A stretch of 64,000 bases of DNA from Heterodontus francisci (taxonomy: Eukaryota), in contig NC_090411.1 in assembly GCF_036365525.1 (NCBI RefSeq), positions 26,796,819-26,860,818 of the forward strand, read 5' to 3'. The translations under genes and the position numbers were made by a program. Under the pieces are notes generated by a model. That model did not search any database. It was not told the origin of the DNA and saw only the letters and a list, made by a program, of their open reading frames with translations. Positions 20,026 to 35,081 of this stretch are shown one piece after another; positions within the stretch are counted from its first letter, which is position 1; every line of letters begins with the position of its first letter.

Positions 20026-21529
20026 TGTGGCATCACATTACCTAACTATTTGAATGTAGACTAGTTTGTATGTCATGTGCATTTCCAACTGTATGCAGAT
20101 AAAATGCAGCTTTATATTTAAAAAAAAAAAAAATGCTGTATCTAAAGAATTTAATTGTTCCACATTAATTGAAATAAACCATCTTCAGTTGATCTTGTCT
20201 GTATGTAGTTATACATTATCATGCATACCACTAATACTATTAAAATTTGGCAACTTATAGTTCAGTCAGTTTACTTGCTGATTTCTTGCTGGTTGGTTCA
20301 GCTAGTTACAATAGTGATTTGACTGGAGAGGAGCCCAGTTGAGTATCCAATTTGGGGGGGGGGGGGGGTGGAGTTGAGTTTCTTGGTCTTTGACTTGCCA
20401 ATGACCAACTGTCTTCATGACATGTGGTGACATGAGCTCAGATTGTCCAGAACAAATTGACATGGGTTCAAGTACTAAACTCTTGGGGGATGTGGGGGGA
20501 AGATCTTGAATAAGAGTTACTATTCTACACTAAAGTGAAATGCTTTTTCTGGCCTTGGGAGGTTACAAATTCCAGGGAAGCTAGCCCCTCAAACATCTCA
20601 TTAGGTTGTCTTGTACTGCAAGAGACACTTTTAAAATAACTTCTTTGGGGGTGGGGTGGGGGAAGAAGGAAGAAAACCTTCTGTTCCCATTTCCTCATTA
20701 GATGCTATCTTCATCTACAGATCTAAGTTGCTTTCTATCAGCTGGTTAGGAACCTGTGTCCTCAAATTATAACTGGTGTTGACTTTAGAATCTAAAGTCA
20801 AAGCAAATTGATTTGAGCCTTAAGAAGTGAACTGGCTGGCCGGACCAAGTCCAGCTCTATCAAACTATCCTGAATTTGACATCAAGCCATTGCTCTATTA
20901 CTGAGTCAAAGTCTTGGAGCTCCTTAACACCGTTCTCTCTAAATTCTGGTTGCTGTGCAACCCCACTGCCTTGTGAGTGTTGCGGTAGAGGCCAAGGCTA
21001 AGGGAGTAAACCCTAACAGATATTCCGGAGTGGAACCCCGTAGGCAGTCATGTGTCACCTTTGGCATGTTTCCAGCAGTTCCTGCAGCCATACCAGTGCC
21101 AAACGTCGTGCTCTGCACTCCTTTGGACCTCACCAGAAAGGCCGAGAGGGGGATTTTGACGACTGGGCAACTCTCAACCTCCATGAACTCGCCCAGGCAT
21201 ACGCCATGGAGAGGTCACTCCATAGTTGCCTCACAGCGACTGAAACAACATGGAAGGCAGCAGGCCAGTGCAAAGTCAATTATAAGGTGGCAATTATAAT
21301 CTTAAAGGCAACATTGCTTGTGTAGCACATTGCTGCACTGCTTTGAAGGACCGTTGCTCCTGACTTAACTGCAAAAGTCTCACTAGAGACAGTAGCAATT
21401 CAAGGCAGCTCACCCCTGTCAAGGGCAACTCGGGATGTGTCATAAATGTCTGTCTTAAAAAAAAATGAATGAAATCCCATTGTTACCATGAATACAGCAG
21501 TTTGTGAATTTAAACATAGCAAGCTTTAA

Positions 21530-21977
21530 TAGTCATAGTCGTACAGCATTGAAACAGGCCCTTCGGCCCACCATGACCATCATGCCTATCTATACTAATC
21601 CCACCTGCCTGCATTAATTCCATATCCCTCTATGCCTTGCTCATTCAAGTACCTGTCCAAATGCCTCTTAAATGTCACTACTGTTCCTGCCTCCACCACC
21701 TCCTCAAGCAGCTCATTCCGGATACCCACCATTCTTTGTGAAAAATTTACCCCTTTGATCCCCTTTAAACCTCCTCCCTCTCACCTTAAATCTATGCCCT
21801 CTAGTTTTAGTTACCCCAACCATGGGAAACAGACTCTGGCTATCTACCCGATATATGACTCATAATTTTATATACCTTTATCATGTCCCCTCTCAGCCTC
21901 CTTCGCTCCAGGGAAAACAGACCCAGTTTTCCAATCTCTTTAGAACTCAAGCCCTCAAAACCAGGCAACATCCTTGT
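21530..21977 (-). mobile_element. CR1 3' end fragment
   Basis: TRMLPG..LGLFSLERRRLRGD (ORF 21840..22025) plus CR1 3'UTR. Confidence 0.8.
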
Positions 21978-22437
21978 GAAATAAAAACAAGAAATGTTGG
22001 AAGCATTCAGCAGGTCTGGCAGCATCTGTGGAGAGAGAAGCAGAGTTAACGTTTTGGGTCAGTGACCCTTCTTCGGAACTGGCAAATATTAGAAATTTGA
22101 AAGGTTATAAGCAAGTAAAGTGGGGGTGGGGCAAGAGATAACAAAGGAGAAGGTGTAGATAGGACAAGGCCACAGAATAGCTGAACAGAAGGTCATAGAG
22201 CAAAGGCAAACAATATGTTAATGGTGTGTTGAAAGACAAAGCATTCGTACAGATAGGGTATTAACGGACTGAAAAATTGAACAGCAAGTATAAACATAAA
22301 AAAAAACAGTGGGTAAGCAAACTGAACAAACTAAGATGAAATAAAATAAACATACAAAGAAAAATGTAAAAATTGTAAAAAAAAGAATAACTAAAAGTAA
22401 AAGTAAAATGGGGGGCCCGTCATGCTCTGAAATTATC
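21978..22437 (-). mobile_element. Penelope-like element 3' fragment with a mutated hammerhead core
   Basis: Same terminal sequence as 9019-9154; minus strand CCGAAGA-AGGGTCACTGACCC-AAAACGTTAACT at 22044-22080. Confidence 0.65.
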
Positions 22438-22444
22438 TGAAATA

Positions 22445-24920
22445 GATCGAGGTTATTAATATATATATCAGGTACAGCAGGGGTCCTAACATCGAACCAT
22501 GGGAAACTCCATGACAAACTTTCCTCCAGTCTGAAAAACATCCATTATCACTACTCTCTGTTTCCTATCACTCAGCCAATTTCATATCCATGTTGCTACT
22601 GTCCCTTTCATTCCATGAGCTAGAGCTTTGCTCACGAGTCTGTTTTTTGGCACTCTATCAAATGCTTTTGGAAGGCCATGTACACCACATCAACAGCATT
22701 ACCCTGATCAACCTTCTCTGTTAACTCATCAAAAACTCCAGCAAGTTGTTAACCATAATTTGCCATTCATAAAATAGGCTTTCTATAATTAACCCACATT
22801 TGCCCAAGTGACTATAAATTTTATTCCAAGTTATCATTTCTAAAACCTTCCCAAAACTGATGTTAAACTGACTGGCCCGTAGTTGCTGGGCTTATCTTTA
22901 CAACCTTTTTTGAACAATGGTGTAACATTTGAAATTCTTCAGGCCCCTGGCACCACCCCTGAATCTAAGGAAGACTGGAAAATTATGCCTTTGCAGTTTC
23001 CACTCTCACTTCCCTCAGTATCCTTGGATGCATCTCATCTGGTCCTGGTGCCTTATCAACTTTAAGTACAGCTAGCCTATCCAATACCACCTCCTTATCA
23101 ATTTTAAATCATTCAAGTGACTGAATTACTTCCTCTTTCATTATGTCCTGTGCAGCATCTTCTTCCTTGGTAAAGAGAGATGCAAAGTATTCATTTAAAA
23201 CCTCAGCCATGCCCCTTGACTCCATGTGTAAATCCCCTTTCTGGTCCCTAATTGGCACCACTCCTCCTTTCACCACCCTTTTACTATTTAATATTAATAA
23301 GAAGACTTTTGGAATTACTTTTATATTTTCTGACAGCCTCTTTTCATATTCTCTCTTTGCTTCTCTTATTTGCATGTTTCACTTCCCCTCTGAACATTCC
23401 ATATTCTGCCTGGTTCTCGGTTGTATTATGCATCTGTCATAAACACATTTTTTCTTCTTCATCTTAATCTCTATCTCTTTCATCGTCCAGGGAGCTCTGG
23501 ATTTGGCTGCCCCACCATTCCCCTTCATGGGAATATACCTTGACTGTGCTCAGACTATCCCTTCTTTCAGGCAGCCCATTGTTAAATTATTGTTTTGCCT
23601 GCCAACCTTTGATTCCAATTTATCTGGGTCAGATCCATTCCTAACCCCATTAAAGTTAGCTTTCCCCCAATCATAGAAACATAGAAAATAGGAGCAGGGG
23701 TAGGCCATTCGGCCCTTTATGCCTTCTCCGCCATTCAAAAAAGATCATGGCTGATCATCTAATTCAGTACCCTGTTCCCACTTTCTCCCCATGTCCCTTG
23801 ATCCCTCTGGCATTAAGAAATATACCTATCTCCTTCTTGAATATAGTTAATGACTTGGCCTCCACTGCCTTCTGACGTAGAGAATTCCACAGATTCGCCA
23901 CCCTCTGCGTGAAGAAATTTCTCCTCATCTCGGTTCCAAATGGCATACCCGTATCCTGAGACTGTGACCCCTGGTTCTGGACTCCCAGTCATCAGGAACA
24001 TCCTCCCTGCATCTAGCCTGTCTAGTCCTGTTAGAATTTTATAGGTTTCTATGAGATCCCCCCTCATTCTTCTAAACTCTAGTGAATATAGGCCTAGTCG
24101 ACCCAATCTCTCCTCATACGTCAATCCTGCCACCCCAGGAATCAGCCTAGTAAATCTTCCTTGCACTCCCTCCATGGCAAGAACATCCTTCCTCAGATAA
24201 GGAGACCAAAACTGCCCACAATACTCCAGATGTGGTCTCATCAAGGCCCTGTATAACTGCAGTAAGACATCCTTGCTCCTGTACTCAGATCCTCTTGCAA
24301 TGAAGGCCAACATACCATTCGCCTTCCTAACTGCTTGCTGCACCTGAGTGCTTGCTTTCAGCGACTGGTATACAAGGACACCCAGGTCTCATTGCACCTT
24401 CCTCTTTCCCAATCTATCACCATTCAGATAATAATCTGCCTTTCTGTTTTTACAACCAAAGTGGATAACCTCACATTTATCAACATTGGACAGCATCTGC
24501 CATGCATTTGCCCACTCACTCAACTTGCCAAATCACATTGCAGCCTCTTTGCATCCTCCTCACAGCTCACATTCCTTTCCCGTCTTCCTGTTTCCTACTC
24601 TAGTGCAAGTATCTCTTTCAATTCTCTGTGCATCTTGGTGTTCCTCTGTTCTATTATCTCCTGGTTCCCACGCCCCTGCCAAGTTCGTTTAAACCCTTCC
24701 CAATAGCACGAGCAAATCACCCAACATGGATCCTGTCCCAGTTCTGTTCAAGTGCAACCTGTCCAGCCGCTACAGGTCCCATCTACTCCAGAACTGGTCC
24801 CAGTGTCCCAGCAATCTAATGCCCTCACTCCTGCGCCATCTTTCCAGCCACACATTCATCTGCTCTATCCTTTATTTCTAGACTCACTTGCACTTGGTAC
24901 CAGGAATAATCCAGAGATTA
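22445..24920 (-). mobile_element. Old CR1 (paralog of 11430-13900) with a nested younger CR1 3' fragment at about 23670-24575
   Basis: Near-identical peptides at 22883..23065 and 12067..12249; nested ORF 23813..24343 (LVRPHLEYC-like) with CATAGAAACATAGAAA tail. Confidence 0.85.
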
Positions 24921-27653
24921 CTACGTTAGCGACCAGAGATTACCACTCCTCCTGGCTGGCCTCCCGCAATCTATCCTCCATACACCTGAGATCATTGAGA
25001 ACTCCAATGTCCTTGCCCTAATTCACTCATCATGCCTATCATCGCTGACACACATTGGCTCCTGGTTAAGCAACACCTCAATTTCAAAATTCTCATCCTT
25101 CTTTTCAAATCCCTTCATTGCCTCTCCCCTCCATAATGCTGCAATCTCCTCCAGCCCCACAGTCCTCGAGATATCTGCACCCCTCTAATTCTGGCCTTTG
25201 TGTATCCCCAATTTTAATCGCTTAACTATTGGCGGCTGTACCTTCAGCTGCCAAGAGCCTAAGTTCTGGAATTCTCTTCTTAAACCTTCTCGCCTTTCTA
25301 CCTCTCTCTCTCTCCTGCTTTGAGATGCTCCTAAAAATCAGGCTCTTTGCCCAAACTTTTGTCACCTCCATTTAGAATCAGCCTCTCCCTCACTTACCTT
25401 CCATTGCATCAAAATCATGAGGGGCCTGGACGAAGTAGATAGGAAGACACTGTTCCCACTCGTGAAAGGATCGAGAATGAGAGGGCACAGATTTCAAGAA
25501 ATTGGTAAAAGAAACAAAAGTGACATGAGGAAAACTTTTTCACACAGCGTGAGGTTAAGGTTTGGATAGAACTGCCTGAGAGTGTGGTGGAGGCAGGTTC
25601 AATGTAGGCTTTCAAAAGGGAATTAGACTGTTATATGAAAAGGAAGAATGTGCAGGGTTACAGGGAGAAGGCGGGGAATGGCATTAGGTGAAATGTTGAT
25701 TCACAGAGCCGGTAAGACACGATGGGCCGAATGGCCTCCTCGGTGCTGTAACAATTGTATGATTCTGTGTTTCTGCATCCTGCTGCTGCTTTCAAGCTGG
25801 AAGGCCTCTGATTGGCCCTCCAGCTTTGACAACCCGCCTGCTGCCCTTAATTAAACGATGAGTCCATCCTCTGGCTATTAATTGTCCTTCCCAGGGAAAA
25901 TCACAGTGAGTGACTGTTCCCCACACAGTGCAGGTTCAGAAGACCGCAGAGAAATTCCAACCTTAAAGGTGGAGGCGAACACACTGAAGACTGATTCTGG
26001 CCTCAGCTGATGTCCACTCACACGTAGACATGTGTCCACAAATACACACACTTACACGTGCAAAGTGTGGGCAGGAGGGCGGCAACGGGAAACACGTCTG
26101 CCTCAAATTAACAGCTCATTAGGCTCTTTGAGGAGCTTGTTAACAGACTGGGGAAGGTAAGGAAGCAATTTTTAAAGCTTTATCGCCGAACCCAAACAGA
26201 ATCTTGCACAGCCGTCAGGTCCAAAGCAGGCAGAGGTGAAAGTTCTTTTATTGGTGATGGCAAATTTCTGGAGCTGGGGGATTTTGTGCAGGATCGTGCA
26301 CTTGACCATCCATTTGGCCGTTTGGCCACTTTTGTGCTGGGTGAGGCTGCGGCCCGGCGAGGAGCTGCCTGCTCTCTTCTATAAGACAGTGGTAGGCTCC
26401 ATCATGGCTGCCATCTGCAGAATCAGGACCCTGAAATTATCCAGCCTCAGGTTCCCGAAACCAATTTGAAAATTCAGCCAAAGATTTCACAGCAACAATA
26501 TCCTAGGAACTGAGCTCAAAAAACTCTCTGACCTGAGCTTTCACAGTTTGCTTTCAATGCCACCTACTGTTGGTGCAGTGAACACAAAGAAAAATGGTGG
26601 CCTGGAAATAACAGTGCAATATTATTGGGTAAACACGTTAATTTATTCTTGAGATGTGAGACTCACTGGCAAGGCCAGCATTTATTGCCCATCTCCAATT
26701 GTCCTTGAGAAGGTGCTGGTGGGACTTGTTCTTGAACCACTGTAGTCCACGTGCTGAAGGTTCTCCCATCGTGATGTTCGGAAGGGAGTGCTATGATTTT
26801 GATCCAGTGACGATGAGGGAATGGTGATTTATGTCCAAGTCAGAATGGTGCGTGACTCAGAGGGGAACTTGGAGGTGGTGGTGTTCCCATACACCTGCTT
26901 CCTTTGTCCTTCTAGCTGGTGGAGATCACATGCTCGGGAGGGGCTGTCGGAGTAGCCTTGGCGAGTTGCTGCAGTGTATCCTGTAGATAGTGCACATGGC
27001 AGCCCCAATGGAAATGGACCTTTAGGTTACTTGACGTGTTGTTTTGTCTCTTAAGTTAATCGATTTATTTTAAATTAGTTCATGACTTCACTAAAGGACA
27101 AGACAAAGGGAGATGTTCTTAGTGTAATATTGAACAGTATAATATCCTAAACAGCAACCTGGTATTTGAAACAACTATTGAACAAAAGTAACTTGCTTCC
27201 ACCAATCTGCCTTTGATCATGCCTTTTAACTGACTGGTTATCTTCAATTCTCCAGGACCATACAGACCACCAATCCACTGTTGAAGGCTGTTTTAGTTTG
27301 TTTTATGTAGAGTAGGAGGAGGCTCATGTGGAGCATAATTGCCAGCATGGACCAGTTGGGCCGAGTGGCCAGTTTTTGTGTTGTACATTGGATATAATTC
27401 TATGTAAACAGTATCAGAAACTAACTCATTGGAAACATTTTTGACAGTAGATGGTTGTTGATACAACTGAGAACTGAATATAGGGATAATACAATGGCAG
27501 GCATGTGATATGCATCCAGCAACTGATTCCTGGGGAGATTAGACATGTGGGCCTGAGGCCTACCATTTTTTTTTAGAATTAGAATTAGAACATTACAGCG
27601 CAGTACAGGCCCTTCGGCCCTCGATGTTGCGCCGACCTGTGAAACCATCTGAC

Positions 27654-30563
27654 CTACACTATTCCATTTTCATCCATATGTCTATCCAATGACCACTTAA
27701 ATGCCCTTAAAGTTGGCGAGTCTACTACTGTTGCAGGCAGGGCGTTCCACGCCCCTACTACTCTCTGAGTAAAGAAACTACCTCTGACATCTGTCCTATA
27801 TCTATCACCCCTCAACTTAAAGCTATGTCCCTTCGTGTTTGCCATCACCATCCGAGGAAAAAGACTCTCACTATCCACCCTATCTAACCCTCTGATTATC
27901 TTATATGTCTCTATTAAGTCACCTCTCCTCCTCCTTCTCTCCAACGAAAACAACCTCAAGTCCCTCAGCCTTTCCTTGTAAGACCTTCCCTCCATACCAG
28001 GCAACATCCTAGTAAATCTCCTCTGCACCCTTTCCATAGCTTCCACATCCTTCCTATAATGTGGTGACCAGAACTGCACGCAATACTCCAGGTGCGGTCT
28101 CACCAGAGTTTTGTACAGCTGCAGCATGACCTCGTGGCTCCGAAACTCGATCCCCCTACTAATAAAAGCTAACACACCATATGCCTTCTTAACAGCCCTA
28201 TTAACCTGGGTAGCAACCTTCAGGGATTTATGCACCTGGACACCAAGATCTCTCTGTTCATCTACACTACCAAGAATCTTCCCATTAGTCCAGTACTCTG
28301 CATTCCTGTTACTCCTTCCAAAGTGAATCACCTCACACTTTTCCGCATTAAACTCCATTTGCCATCTCTCAGCCCAGCTCTGCAGCCTATCTATGTCCCT
28401 CTGTACCCTACAACATCCTTCGGCACTATCCACAACTCCACCGACCTTAGTGTCATCCGCAAATTTACTAACCCACCCTTCTACACCCTCTTCCAGGTCA
28501 TTTATAAAAATGACAAACAGCAGTGGCCCCAAAACAGATCCTTGCAGTACACCACTAGTAACTAAACTCCAGGATGAACATTTGCCATCAACCACCACCC
28601 TCTGTCTTCTTTCAGCTAGCCAATTTCTGATCCAAAGCTCTAAATCACCTTCAACTCCATACTTCCGTATTTTCTGCAATAGCCTACCATGGGGAACCTT
28701 ATCAAACGCCTTACTGAAATCCATATACACCACATCCACTGCTTTACACACATCCACCTGTTTGGTCACCTTCTCGAAAAACTCAATAAGGTTTGTGAGG
28801 CACGACCTACCCGTCACAAAACCGTGCTGACTATCGCTAATGAATTTATTCTTTTCAAGATGATTATAAATCCTGTCTCTTATAACCTTTTCCAACATTT
28901 TACCCACAACCGAAGTAAGGCTCACAGGTCTATAATTACCAGGGCTGTCTCTACTCCCCTTCTTGAACAAGGGGACAACATTTGCTATCCCCCAGTCTTC
29001 CGGCACTATTCCTGTCGACAATGACGACATAAAGATCAAGGACAAAGGCTCTGCAATCTCCTCCCTAGCTTCCCAGAGAATCCTAGGATAAATCCCATCT
29101 GACCCAGGGGACTTATCTATTTTCACACTTTCCAAAATTGATAACACCTCCTCCTTGTGAACCTCAATCCCATCTAGCCTAGTAGCCTGAATCTCAGTAT
29201 TCTCCTCGACAACATTTTCTTTCTCTACTGTAAATACTGACGCAAAATATTCATTTAACACTTCGCCTACCTCCTCTGATTCCACACACAACTTCCCACT
29301 ACTATCCTTGATTGGCCCTAATCTAACTCTAGTCATTCTTTTATTCCTGATATACCTATAGAAAGCCTTAGGGTTTTCCCTGATCCTATCCGCCAATGAC
29401 TTCTCGTGTCCTCTCCTTGCTCGTCTTAGTTCTCCCTTTAGATCCTTCCTGGCTAGCTTGTAACTCTCAAGCGCCCTAACTGAGCCTTCACGTCTCATCC
29501 TAACATAAGCCTTCTTCTTCCTCTTGACAAGCGCTTCAACTTCTTTAGTAAACCACGGCTCCCTCGCTCGACAACTTCCTCCCTGCCTCACAGGTACATA
29601 CTTATCAAGGACACGCAGTAGCTGCTCCTTGAATAAGCTCCACATTTCGATTGTTCCCATCCCCTGCAGTTTCCTTCCCCATCCTACGCATCCTAAATCT
29701 TGCCTAATCGCATCATAATTTCCTTTCCCCCAGCTATAATTTTTGTCCTGCGGTATATACCTGTCCCTGCCCATCGCTAAGGTAAACCTAACCGAATTGT
29801 GATCACTATCACCAAAGTGCTCACCTACATCTAAATCTAACACCTGGCCGGGTTCATTACCCAGTACCAAATCCAATGTGGCATCGCCCCTGGTTGGCCT
29901 GTCTACATACTGTGTCAGAAAACCCTCCTGCACACACTGGACAAAAACTGACCCATCTAAGGTACTCGAACTATAGTATTTCCAGTCGATATTTGGAAAG
30001 TTAAAGTCCCCCATAACAACTACCCTGTTACTCTCGCCCCTGTCGAGAATCATCTTTGCTATCCTTTCCTCTACATCTCTGGAACTATTTGGAGGTCTAT
30101 AAAAGACTCCCAACAGGGTGACCTCACCTCTCCTGTTTCTAACCTCGGCCCATACTACCTCAGTAGACGAGTCCTCAAATGTCCTTTCTGCCGCTGTAAT
30201 ACTCTCCTTGATTAACAATGCCACACCCCCCCCCCCTCTTTTACCATCTTCTCTGTTCTTACTGAAACATCTAAATCCCGGAACCTGCAACATCCATTCC
30301 TGCCCCTGCTCTACCCATGTCTCCGAAATGGCCACTACATCGAGATCCCAGGTACCAACCAATGCTGCAAGCTCACCCACCTTATTCCGGATGCTCCTGG
30401 TGTTGAAGTAGACACACTTTAAACCAGGTTCTTGCTTGCCAGTGCCCTCTTGCGTCCTTGTAACCTTAGCCCTGACCTCACTACTCTCAACATCCTGTAC
30501 ACTGGCACTACATTTTAGGTTCCCATTCCCCTGCTGAATTAGTTTAAACCCCCCCGAAGAGCA
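27654..30563 (-). CDS. CR1 ORF2p: APE endonuclease plus reverse transcriptase (frame open upstream of the track's GTG at 30380)
   Basis: YFN, ISETW, YRPP, GDFN, SDH (endonuclease); QHGF, DFSKAFD, QGSVLGP, FADD (RT); no stop between 30563 and 27656. Confidence 0.93.
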   Translation of the reverse strand, partial: CSSGGFKLIQQGNGNLKCSASVQDVESSEVRAKVTRTQEGTGKQEPGLKCVYFNTRSIRNKVGELAALVGTWDLDVVAISETWVEQGQEWMLQVPGFRCFSKNREDGKRGGGGVALLIKESITAAERTFEDSSTEVVWAEVRNRRGEVTLLGVFYRPPNSSRDVEERIAKMILDRGESNRVVVMGDFNFPNIDWKYYSSSTLDGSVFVQCVQEGFLTQYVDRPTRGDATLDLVLGNEPGQVLDLDVGEHFGDSDHNSVRFTLAMGRDRYIPQDKNYSWGKGNYDAIRQDLGCVGWGRKLQGMGTIEMWSLFKEQLLRVLDKYVPVRQGGSCRAREPWFTKEVEALVKRKKKAYVRMRREGSVRALESYKLARKDLKGELRRARRGHEKSLADRIRENPKAFYRYIRNKRMTRVRLGPIKDSSGKLCVESEEVGEVLNEYFASVFTVEKENVVEENTEIQATRLDGIEVHKEEVLSILESVKIDKSPGSDGIYPRILWEAREEIAEPLSLIFMSSLSTGIVPEDWGIANVVPLFKKGSRDSPGNYRPVSLTSVVGKMLEKVIRDRIYNHLEKNKFISDSQHGFVTGRSCLTNLIEFFEKVTKQVDVCKAVDVVYMDFSKAFDKVPHGRLLQKIRKYGVEGDLELWIRNWLAERRQRVVVDGKCSSWSLVTSGVLQGSVLGPLLFVIFINDLEEGVEGWVSKFADDTKVGGVVDSAEGCCRVQRDIDRLQSWAERWQMEFNAEKCEVIHFGRSNRNAEYWTNGKILGSVDEQRDLGVQVHKSLKVATQVNRAVKKAYGVLAFISRGIEFRSHEVMLQLYKTLVRPHLEYCVQFWSPHYRKDVEAMERVQRRFTRMLPGMEGRSYKERLRDLRLFSLERRRRRGDLIETYKIIRGLDRVDSESLFPRMVMANTKGHSFKLRGDRYRTDVRGSFFTQRVVGAWNALPATVVDSPTLRAFKWSLDRHMDENGIV

Positions 30564-31480
30564 CTAGCAAATCTCCCACCCAGGATATTGGTACCCCTCT
30601 GGTTCAGGTGAAGACCATCCTGTTTGTAGAGGTCCCACCTACCCCAGAAAGAGCCCCAATTATCCAGGAAACCAAAACCCTCCCTCCTGCACCATCCCTG
30701 CAGCCACGTGTTCAACTCCTCTCTCTCCCTATTCCTCGCTTCGTTATCACTTGGCACGGGCAACAACCCAGAGATAACAACTCTTTTTGTTCTCGCTCTA
30801 AGCTTCCACCCTAGCTCCCTGAATTTCTGTCTTAAATCCCCATCTCTCTTCCTACCTATGTCGTTGGTGCCTATGTGGACCACGACTTGGGGCTGCTCCC
30901 CCTCCCCCTTAAGGATCCCAAAAACACGATCCAAGACATCACGAACCCTGGCACCTGGGAGGCAACATACCAACCGTGAGTCTCTCTCGTTCCCACAGAA
31001 CCTCCTATCTGTTCCCCTAACTATGGAGTCCCCAATGACTAATGCTCTGCTCCTCTTCCCTCTTCCCTTCTGAGCAACAGGGACAGACTCTGTGCCAGAG
31101 ACCTGTACCCCATTGCTTACCCCTGGTAAGTCGTCCCCCGCAACAGTATCCAAAACGGTATACCTGTTGTTGAGGGAAACGGCCACAGGGGATCCCTGCA
31201 CTGCCTGCTGGTCCCATCTCCTTCCCCTGACGGTAACCCATCTACCTACTTCTTTTACCTGAGGTGTGACTACCTCCCCATAACTCCTCTCAATAACCCC
31301 CTCCGCCTCACGAATGATCCGAAGTTCATCCAGCTCCAGCTCCAGTTCCCTAATGCGGTTCTCGAGGAGCTGGAGTTGGGTGCACTTCCCGCAGATGCAG
31401 TCAGCAGGGACACTCTTGGCGACCATTACCTCCCACATTCTGCAGGAGGAACATACAACTGCCTTAACCTCCATTCCCAC
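30539..31480 (-). CDS. CR1 ORF1p (zinc finger, coiled coil, SGNH esterase-like domain), 313 aa
   Basis: Protein identical to 538..1479. Confidence 0.9.
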   Translation of the reverse strand: MGMEVKAVVCSSCRMWEVMVAKSVPADCICGKCTQLQLLENRIRELELELDELRIIREAEGVIERSYGEVVTPQVKEVGRWVTVRGRRWDQQAVQGSPVAVSLNNRYTVLDTVAGDDLPGVSNGVQVSGTESVPVAQKGRGKRSRALVIGDSIVRGTDRRFCGNERDSRLVCCLPGARVRDVLDRVFGILKGEGEQPQVVVHIGTNDIGRKRDGDLRQKFRELGWKLRARTKRVVISGLLPVPSDNEARNREREELNTWLQGWCRREGFGFLDNWGSFWGRWDLYKQDGLHLNQRGTNILGGRFASALRGGLN

Positions 31481-32050
31481 TATTCTAAATTCCCAACAAA
31501 TCTACTGAAAAACCAAAAAAAAATGTCAAAATTTGTTAGGTTAGCAATCCAACGGACAGAACTTCTTAAATAAAAAGCTGAGGTACTCAGCACTTTAGGG
31601 CATTGCTTTTCAAACTGGCCTCCCTACAACCCAGGGAATCCTCAAGGTGATTGCAGGAGGTTCTGAATGGGTCACAACGTCATCATATGTCAACCTATCA
31701 TCAGATACCTACATTGGTTGACCCACAAGCACATTATTTTTGTTGCTGAATACTAATAGAAACATGTTTTCTACAAATGATGTCTCTATTTTCCAAAGGG
31801 CTCCCAGCACTGCCATTTAAAAGTTAGGATAAGGAGTCTCTCAGAGTAACAAACTAATGTAACTTTACAGATCTGCGTCAAGCTTGTCTTAATACCTCCC
31901 CATAACTGACAAAATGAGGTTCTGGTGTATATTTTATTGCCATTTTTAGGTCGAGACATTTTTTGGAGTTTGCACCTTTGAGGGAGGTCAAAGATCAAAT
32001 AAGCTGTGACATCATGGTTGAGTTGTCAATCAAAGAAGCCTTGCCTTCAA

Positions 32051-32206
32051 CATTCTGATTGGCTCCTGGGTCCCAAATCCAACCCTGTGTTGATTGGAAT
32101 CCTTGGACATGGCAGCTGTTCAATTGATTAACGAGTGGTCAGTCATCATTGATGATGTCATTTCCTGCTTAATGAACTGGGGTTGGGGGTCCTGGAGTAT
32201 AAATTC
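32051..32206 (+). promoter_or_regulatory. Ferritin copy 3 proximal promoter
   Basis: Identical to the copy 1 promoter; TATAAA 32198-32203. Confidence 0.75.
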
Positions 32207-32304
32207 CAGTCCTTTGATAGTATAGTTTTAGGCATTTGGTGTTGATCCTAAAATTGTGATAGTTTTTTTTTTGGTTTGTGTAAATTAAAAGCTACATTCT
32301 CAAA

Positions 32305-35081
<2,777 letters not shown>

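Larger units (their letters stand above)
27566..31576 (-). mobile_element. Near full-length young CR1 LINE with open ORF1 and ORF2
   Basis: ORF1 30539..31480; ORF2 frame open 30563..27654; 3' hairpin GGGCCGAAGGGCC and (TTCTAA)n tail at about 27570-27590; 5' boundary approximate. Confidence 0.96.
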
